From positions 434,001 through 498,000 of the forward strand of contig NIVC01000630.1 in assembly GCA_002269645.1 (NCBI GenBank): DNA of 64,000 nt, given 5' to 3'. The notes beneath the pieces are model-generated. The model was not told the origin of the DNA. It did not search any database and saw only the letters and a list, made by a program, of their open reading frames with translations. This stretch comes from Macrostomum lignano (lineage: Eukaryota). Shown here one piece after another: positions 56,400 through 64,000 of this stretch; the first letter of the stretch is position 1, and each line of letters opens with the position of its first letter. The translations under genes were made by a program, and so were the position numbers.

Positions 56400-57162
56400 T
56401 AAACGGTGTACGGCCAACATCCTTCTCCAAGCGGATAAATGTTAGGAGATAAGAGCAAATGGGAAGCTAAGTAGTAGACATTTCGAAGTGGGAATCAGAG
56501 GGGAATGGATGTGAATGAAAAGTATTAAAATACACGGATGTGAGAACGAATATTCATTAGGGCAAAAACACAAATATGAGCATGGATAAGAATTTAAGCA
56601 TTAGTTACGATCAAATGAGCATTGCTTATGAAAATAGACACGAGCATTAGTTTCGAATATAAATAAGAGCATTAGTTTCGAATACTCGTATAAATACGAG
56701 CATTGGTTTCGAATATAAATACGAGCATTAGTTTCGAATATAAAAACGAGCATTAGTTTCGAATATAAAACGAGCATTAGTTTCGAATATAAAAACGAGC
56801 ATTAGTTTCGAATATAAAAACGAGCATTAGTTTCGAATATAAAACGAGCATTAGTTTCGAATATAAAACGAGCATTAGTTTCGAATATAAAACGAGCATT
56901 AGTTTCGAATATAAAACGAGCATTAGTTTCGAATATAAAAACGAGCATTAGTTTCGAATATAAAACGAGCATTAGTTTCGAATGTAAAAACGAGCATTAG
57001 TTTCGAATATAAAAACGAGCATTAGTTTCGAATATAAATACAAGCATTAGTTTCGAATATAAATACGAGCATTATTTGCGAATATTTGGCCTTTGAGGCA
57101 AAAGCTAAAAGCTATGCAGCTGAAGAGTGAAGATTAAAAATAAAACAAGACCGGCAGGGACA
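56400..57162 (-). mobile_element. Putative 3' LTR remnant of the Gypsy (left boundary unknown)
   Basis: Begins TGTCCCTGCC on the minus strand directly after the polypurine tract. No matching 5' LTR was found in the window. Confidence 0.35.
56630..57080. repeat. 25-26-bp minisatellite (within putative LTR)
   Basis: Unit acgagcattagtttcgaatataaaa. Confidence 0.95.
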
Positions 57163-60010
57163 CCCCTTTACCAAAAATAGGGAGGGCACAGTTTGCTTGT
57201 AAAATTTAAAAGATCAGTCAGTTTTTTGCAAAGTCAGTCAATTAGCTCAGTAGTTTAAACTCATTGGTCGGCTTTTACACGCACGTGGGTGAGCCCGCAG
57301 CGGACTCGGGTGACTTCGACCTGCCTTCGGTCGGTGGCGGCGTGGGCTCACCCACGTAGTGGTTGTCCCTGGTTGCTTCGGCGCTGGAGACCGCTGATGC
57401 TGGGAAGATTTGCCGGCTTAGGACGTCACTGGGATTGGTCGAGCCTGGCCTGTACATTGTCTCGAACACCAGGTCCTGGATGCTCAGTGCCATCCTCTCG
57501 ATTCTTGGTGGCGGATGCGATCCTGGCTTAAATAGGTGCACCAGCTGCTTGTGGTCAGTGACGACCCGGAAACCGGACGAACCACTGAGGTAATGGCGGA
57601 AGCGCAGGCAACCGAATTTGACGGCGAGGGCTTGTCTTTCCGTCTGAAAATAGCGCGTCTCCACCGCTGACAGTGCGCGGCTTGCGTAGGCGATCGGTCG
57701 CAGGCTGCCGTCTGGCTGCTGTTGGCTGAGGATCGCTCCGAGTCCCGTCGGGCTGGCATCCACGATCACTTCTGTGGGTCTGCGCTTGTCAAAGAATGCC
57801 AGTGTGCTGCTCGCGGAGATCGAGTTCTTGATGGCGCTGAAAGCAGTCTCCTCAGCCGCTCCCCAGGACCACGGCGCATCCTTTCTGGTCAGATCTCGCA
57901 GGGGCTTGGCTATGTCTGACAGGGCTGGGATAAAGCGACTGACAAAAGCCACAAGGCCGAGAAAGGACCTCACTTCGGACGCGTTTTTCGGTGCTCTGAA
58001 TGCTTTCACAGCGCTCACCTTCTCGTCTGTCGGTTGGATGCCCTTCTCGGACAGGCGCATAGCGAGAAACTTGGCCTCCTTGACGGCGAACTTGCACTTT
58101 GCAGGATTTAAGGTGATGTTGTGCTCTTCTAGCCTTTGCAAGGTTGCCGCTAGCCGCTGGTTGTGCTCAATGATGGAGCTTGCATAGATGATAATGTCGT
58201 CATGTACCCAGCGGACTCCTGGAAGCCCACCGAGCACGCTGGTCATGACTCGTTGTAGAATCTCAGACGCTGACGTAAAGCCCATGCACAGGTGCGTCAG
58301 TCTCATGAGACCCTTCGGCGTCGAAAATGTTAGCAGATGGCGCGAGTCTTCTCGGACGCGGATCTGGTGGAACGCCTTGTTGATGTCCAACTCGGGGAAG
58401 TAGCGCGCACCGGCCATTTCATCAGTGACCTCTTCAAAAGTTGGTATGGGCTGTTTCTCAGGCACTAAGAACTTGTTCACATCTCGCAGATCTTGGGTAA
58501 TGCGCACTTGGCCAGGCTGCGACTTCGGGACAACAACTATTCGTGCCACCCATTCGGACGGTCCGGTCACTTTCTCGATTATTCCAGCCTGCAGTTGATC
58601 GTCGAGCTCGCGCTGCGCAGCCTCCCGCAGATGCACGGAGATGCGACTTGGCGGATGGCAGACCGGCACGGCTCCGTCTTGCAGGTGGATGCCGACTTCA
58701 ACGTCCTTGACGCACCCAATTCCCACAAATCGCTGCCTGAAGGTCTTGATAATGTTGCTGAGGCGCTCGTGCTGTGGCATTGCCTGATCGTCTGCCTCCG
58801 TCGCTGCGGCCGCCAATGCAGCGCTGAGTGGCTCATGGAACTCACCAGAGTCTTTCAGATGACAGACGCTGGGGTTGCTTGGTCCGATGCGTAGGATTCC
58901 CACCTCCTCGCTGGTTTCGCGGCCCACGATCGTCGTGCCCGTCTCCTTGACGATGATGTAGCTAATGCTGGCGCTGACGTCATAAACGGCGGTCCGGAGG
59001 GTCGCTTTGCCAAGAGTGGTGAGGGGTTCACTGGAGCCAAACGGGAAGACCCGCTGCCTTGACTCGCGAAGGTCGTCTGCCGTGCTTCCGATGGCCTTGA
59101 AAGTTTTTGAGTCCATTAGATTGCAGCTGGCGCCGCTGTCGATTAGCAGGTCTGTGGCGTGGCCGTTGATGTCTGCTCTAACGAGCGGCAGTCGCTTACG
59201 CTGTGGCGTCAGGCAGAACACCTCGCAGCTGCTCTCACTGTCTCGCTGTTGCTGATCACTCGGCTGCTCCTCGGCAATGGCGTGCACCTTTCTGGAGCTC
59301 GCGGGTTTGGACAAGCACGCTTTTGCCAGGTGGCCGACCTTGTTGCAGTTCCGACACGTCTTTCCTCTGGCCGCCTCGCACGTTCGGTGGTCCGACTCTC
59401 CACAGCGGATGCACTTTGTTCTGGTTCGCTCCGGTCGGTCTGGCTTCTCGATACGCCGCATTGCGTTCACAGACTCGCTCTTCCGCGCTTCGATGACTGC
59501 AGATTGAAGGTCGGCCGCCTCGAATGCCCCTGCTTGCTGCAGCGCTTCTTTGAGCTGGATATTGGGTTTCTGCAGCAACCTGCGCCGGAGCTGGTCTGAC
59601 TGGCAGCCGGCGACAATTTGGTCTCGGATGATGAAATCCCGTTGAGTCTCGAATTCACAGCCTTCTGCAGCCTTGAACAGCCGTTGCACCCAGGCGTTGA
59701 TGGCTTCGCCGGGCTGCTGCGTGCAGTGCCGGAATTCCTATCGCACGAATACCGGGTTGTGCCTGCTCTTGAAGTGCTCTCTGAGGGCGTCCAGGAGCTC
59801 TTCGAGGGTCTTGCCTGTCTTCGTGAGTTCTGCTTACGCTTCAGCCACCTGTTTGCCGCCGACGTAAAGTAGAATCTCTCGTTGTTGACTTGCATCTGTT
59901 ATGCCGCTTGCAGTCACAAAGCACTTGAATCGGTTGGCCCATTCTGCCCACCGTGCTGAGAGGTTGTGTGGCTCTTTCTGAGTATCGAAAAGCTCAAATT
60001 TAGTGCCAAA
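57163..60010 (-). mobile_element. Decayed Ty3/Gypsy LTR retrotransposon (Mag-like, single gag-pol frame): gag, PR, RT, RNase H; integrase absent
   Basis: ORF 57275-59689 extends upstream in frame to about 60004 through stops TAG 59740 and TAA 59836. Gag: RWAEWANRF..GI.D..ILLYVGG and twin zinc knuckles (CIRCGESDHRTC; CRNCNKVGHLAKAC). Protease: LIDSGAS. RT: WVARIVVVPK..RITQDLR.VN, LDINKAFHQI, VHDDII, LNPAKC. RNase H: VDASPTGLGAIL, YASRAL, TDHK, YRPG..DVLSR. PPT-like GGTAAAGGGG followed by TG at 57162. Confidence 0.9.
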
Positions 60011-61479
60011 AGTGTGCAGTTACGTGTACTTGTACATGTACTTCTGGGAATTCGGTAATGAAATAGTACATTTAGTGGTGTATAAAGGCTCGCCAGCGCA
60101 AGAACCCCCTGCATAAGTCCTCTCTGTCCCTGCATGGCCAATGCGATCTTAGTCCCAGCAGCGTCCCTTCTATTCAGCTATGACTTCGAGATATAGACAG
60201 TGATGTAACCGCCCTTGTCGCCTGTCCGCTCCTATTGAGAGACGAACGCTTGACTAGAGGGGGCAATGACCGTAGGCTGCCTAGGACCGGGCAATGACCT
60301 GACGGACCTCCAGCACCAGACTGTCCCGCCCACATGATTAGTAGCTTTGGTAGCGCTTCGTGACCAGAGGGCTAAGGACCCACATGGACTCCACCTGTAG
60401 CCAAGGTGCAATAGTTGGTCACTCGGTCATGGTATGACCGAGTGGCTGCCACCACTCTATGTGACCTGGCGCACCTGGATCTTTCTACCAGACCTCTCGA
60501 GGCTAGAGCCCCGCCTGGATTGGTTACCAGGGGATTTAGGCTAACAGGGGAGACGCATGCAGCCGAGTACAGGGACTCTGCTTGGGGCATGATCGGGAAC
60601 TCTGGGCTCAATCCTGGAGGATTTCTCAGCAGGGGATCCTTTGTGGCTGTGAGCGAGGCTGACTTGCGACTTTGATTACTAAGAGTAGTATGAGGCGAAC
60701 ATGTACTGTCTCCAGTTTAGATTGCTCAGGGCGAAGGGACGCGTTAGCATGGGGTTGCAACCTTCCTACTGCCATTCTGTGCCAAGACTCGCTAATCCAT
60801 CTACTGCACGCACACGCGGCCCCGCAGCACGCACTCACAGGCGGGCTTTGCACGGGGAGAGGCCATTAGCTTAACCAAACTCCCTTATGCTTTGCCACCC
60901 CGGGAGAAAGGCTTAGCAAGCCATGAGTTAAATGATGGTGAAAGATTGAATAATGATGAAGTTAGTTAATAGTTAATAATTAGGCCCTTAGGCGAATAAT
61001 CAGGCAATTAGGCGGCTTCACTATTGAGTAAAATACAGCAAAAGATACGGTATCACAATTGGCTCAGCTCTCTAATCAGACAATGGAAAATAGGCAAACC
61101 CCGGATAAGCAAAGGCAATTAGAGCACAAATTAGTAACAGGAACTTACCGGCAGCTGCACAGAGAGAGAGAGAGAGAGGCGGAGTGACCGAGGGTGGCTG
61201 TAGGCTGCAGTCAGGCAGACAGTGAAGCGGCGATGCGCTGGAGCGACGAGGCGCTGATGTAGATCAGGTGATGCTGATGATGCTGGGCGGTATCAGACCG
61301 CTGGCCGATAGGCGAGCTCGCTTGGGGAGCTAAGGATAACTTGACGGTAACAGACCGCGGACCGGCAGGGATTCGTCTAATAGACGAATGGGTCAGAACT
61401 CAGTCTGACGGCAAGTCTAAAGAAAGACTAGGAGCCCGAAGGTGGGCAGAAGTTGAGGATTCTCATGCCGAAATCGCTT

Positions 61480-61575
61480 CCTTTTATAGACCTCACAGCC
61501 GCCTCCTCAAGGTCGTTACCATGGCTCCCTCTCTCTGATTGGCTGCCGGCAGAATGACGTCAGAATGAGTCATGA
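61480..61575 (-). promoter_or_regulatory. Pol II promoter-like cluster: AP-1, CRE, CCAAT, TATA
   Basis: TGAGTCA 61566-61572, TGACGTCA 61555-61562, ATTGG 61538-61542, TATAAAA on the minus strand 61488-61482; strong donor CCG|GTAAGT at 61148. Confidence 0.5.
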
Positions 61576-63129
61576 TGAGAAGCATGAGACCGGCATAGCA
61601 ACATGAGAAATAGGGAAATTGCGCAATCCGGAGGTGGGGTGGGGGATAATTGGCGCAGCGGGTGGTCGCGAAAGTGTTGCGCAAGCAAACATTGAGAACA
61701 ATAGGGCTGGGGTCGAGAACAAAGGAATTGGAAATCGGGGATAATTGGGGAAAACTGAGAACAATGGAAAAGTAAACATTGGAGAAAAGGTGATAATTAG
61801 GTGCGAAAACGAGAACAAAAGAAAGAGAAAATCGGAGAAAATGTGATAATTGGTGGGGGTCGAGAGAACAAAAGAATCAAAAACGAGAACAATAGAAGCG
61901 GAGGTGGGGTGGGTGTCGCATGAGAAATTTGGGGAGGAGAACAATGGCATGAGAAAAGGTTGCGCAAGAGAGGAAGATGAGTCATCGATGAGTCATCGGG
62001 GGGAAGAAGGGGTCACACGACTTGCGTCACCGTTTGGGAGTTTGGGAGGGGATGGGGAGACGGTGAGCACACAAAATACTGTAAGTAGACACAGAGAAGG
62101 AGGGGACAGCGCAGGAAAAGAGTGCAGAGAGAGACAAAAAGAGGGGGGAAAGGGAAAGTACAAGAAGAATAGGGTGGAGTGCAGGGGAGATAAGGTAGAG
62201 GGGAGGGTACAGAGAGGGACAGGGAGCTCCGCAAAGGCAGGTGTGGCGGCAGGAGAGACGGGACCAAGGCAGCAGGAGGGGTGCAGCAGAGCGGGAGTCT
62301 CCAGGCCCGGTCGGAGACCTGGCCGAGTCTCGACAGCTCTGTGCAGAGGGTGCACGGGATAGGAGGCACTTTCGAAAAAGTTCCCATGCCCTATCCCGCG
62401 ACCAGAGCGTGGTTACATCAACAGCTAAAAGACACTAGATGGCAGGTAAGTGCAGTGCCCCTCTAGTCGGAAGTCCGATTTCGATAGCTCCGGTTTGGTG
62501 AGCCGGGGCGCACGGACTGGTGGCAGCGGGTCAGTTAATCTGTGGATTAGCTAATCTCTACCTTTCAAATTCTCCCTGCTTGTCTCTCGCTGTCTTCTCT
62601 TAGCTAAAGGACCTTGCTGCTCGCCCACAATCTAGCTACCACGGGGCTGACCATCTGACAGGAGTGAGAGAGGCCAGAGTTTTAAGAGATTCATTGCTGA
62701 GTTCTGAGTCCCGAAGCTATAGGCTTAAAAAGGCCGAACCCATCAATTGTGAAACCCTGGCCCCTTGCTGGGATGACAAGAGACAGTTGATAGTCAGCAG
62801 AGCCGCTCCACCTGCTCATGGAGGGCTCAATCTGTTAAGCTGAGCATGCTTTGTTTTATTGCTTTGTATTGCTTTGCACACTTATAATTGACTGGCCTGC
62901 AGGATACTGTCGGAAAAGTATTACGTAGTTTAAAATAATTTATTCCTTTCTGTGTGGGAGAGGGCCCAGATTTCTAGTTTAAGCACTAAAAATTCTTAAC
63001 AACCTCTCACCTTCTGGACTCCCGTGATTTGCAAATAAAACGAGTCTGCAGTGTTTTGAGTGTTTTGTTCGAAGTTACCCAGAAAAATGCTCTTTTTTGC
63101 AGTGCCGTTCTCCGGACTCCTACTAGTCT

Positions 63130-63530
63130 TACCCCTTCCCACTCGACCCAACCTTTCCCACCTTACTCTACCCCTTTCCCACTTCACCCTACCTACCCCT
63201 TCCCACTCCACCCTACCCCTTTCCCACTTCACCCTACCCCTTCCCACTTCACCCTACCCATTCCCACTTCACCCTACCCCTTCCTAAGTCACCCTACCCC
63301 TTCCCAATACACCCTACCCCTTTTCACTTTAACCCTACCCCTTCCCACTCGACTCAACCCTTCCCACCTTACTCTCTGTACCCCTCTCTACTCTACCCCT
63401 TACCACTCCACCCTACCCCTTCCCACTTCACCCTACCCGTTCCCACTCCACCCTACCCCTTCCCACTTCACCCTAGCCCTTCACGCTCCACTCTACCCCT
63501 TTCCATTCGACCCTAGCCCTTCCCTCACGA
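63130..63530. repeat. 20-bp C-rich minisatellite
   Basis: Unit ccctaccccttcccacttca. Confidence 0.92.
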
Positions 63531-64000
63531 ATATTTTATTGTTTCCTCATTGGAGATATTTGAGGTAAAAAGGATTTAAAAAGTTGAAACGACGACAAAA
63601 ACTGATGTAATTTGCAATTACAAATGATGCGATATGCAATTAAAATTTTTGCTTCCAAACTTGCTGGCATCATACATACCTTCAACAATTATATTTTAAC
63701 ATCATCGACAAGTTATTTGATTTTAAAACAGTCAAATTTTATTAACAGTTGCGCTAATTGTGGAAATGCATGGAATCCAATTAGTTGGTTACCGCTGATC
63801 AACACAGCAAGATTGATTGAGGAAGCAATTTATAATAAAACTAATAAAACTAACGCCAGTTAATAAGGCGCAATGACAAATGTAAATGCTTATTATAGCT
63901 ATTTTTGCAATTTTTCTAAATGATTTTAAAGAAGGCTAGAGTATGGCTAAAACAGATGTTTAGAAAAGAAGTTCCAGACATTTTATACATATTTTGATAA

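Noticed and set aside
61349-61362. GACCGGCAGGGA match to the start of the putative 3' LTR as a 5' LTR
   Set aside because: Only 12 nt match, with no flanking similarity or PBS.
63130-63530. GTGGGAA (CSL/Su(H)-like) site cluster; GC-box clusters in the 38840 and 44575 arrays
   Set aside because: The preceding base is non-consensus, and short motifs are expected by chance in G-rich units.

Overview
Eukaryotic (invertebrate animal) genomic DNA. GC-rich, polyQ-rich exons and minisatellite-filled introns are reminiscent of the flatworm Macrostomum, which is an inference, not a match. Four spliced genes were rebuilt by hand with phase-consistent GT-AG introns. (1) The 3' end of an SLC15/POT peptide transporter (+, 440-2073). 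(2) A PTB/PID-like, polyQ-rich protein (-, about 11698-5422). (3) A ~1805-aa protein with ~1150 aa of nested acidic peptide repeats and a non-repetitive C-terminus (-, 28276-17979). (4) VPS35L (-, 52025-39559), with a one-base frameshift in exon 3. A small fifth gene (+, 33003-37191) is tentative. All 17 internal introns of the four genes hold tandem arrays, almost all of them unrelated, and in one intron the microsatellite itself supplies the 5' splice site. Also present: a decayed Mag-type Ty3/Gypsy lacking integrase, a tRNA-headed SINE with a degenerate TSD, two MITE-like inverted-repeat elements, a foldback-like pair of inverted satellite arrays, and two CCAAT/TATA promoter-like clusters facing each other across the Gypsy. 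Most long ORFs in the supplied track are repeat artefacts. No CRISPR array, rRNA or intact tRNA was found.
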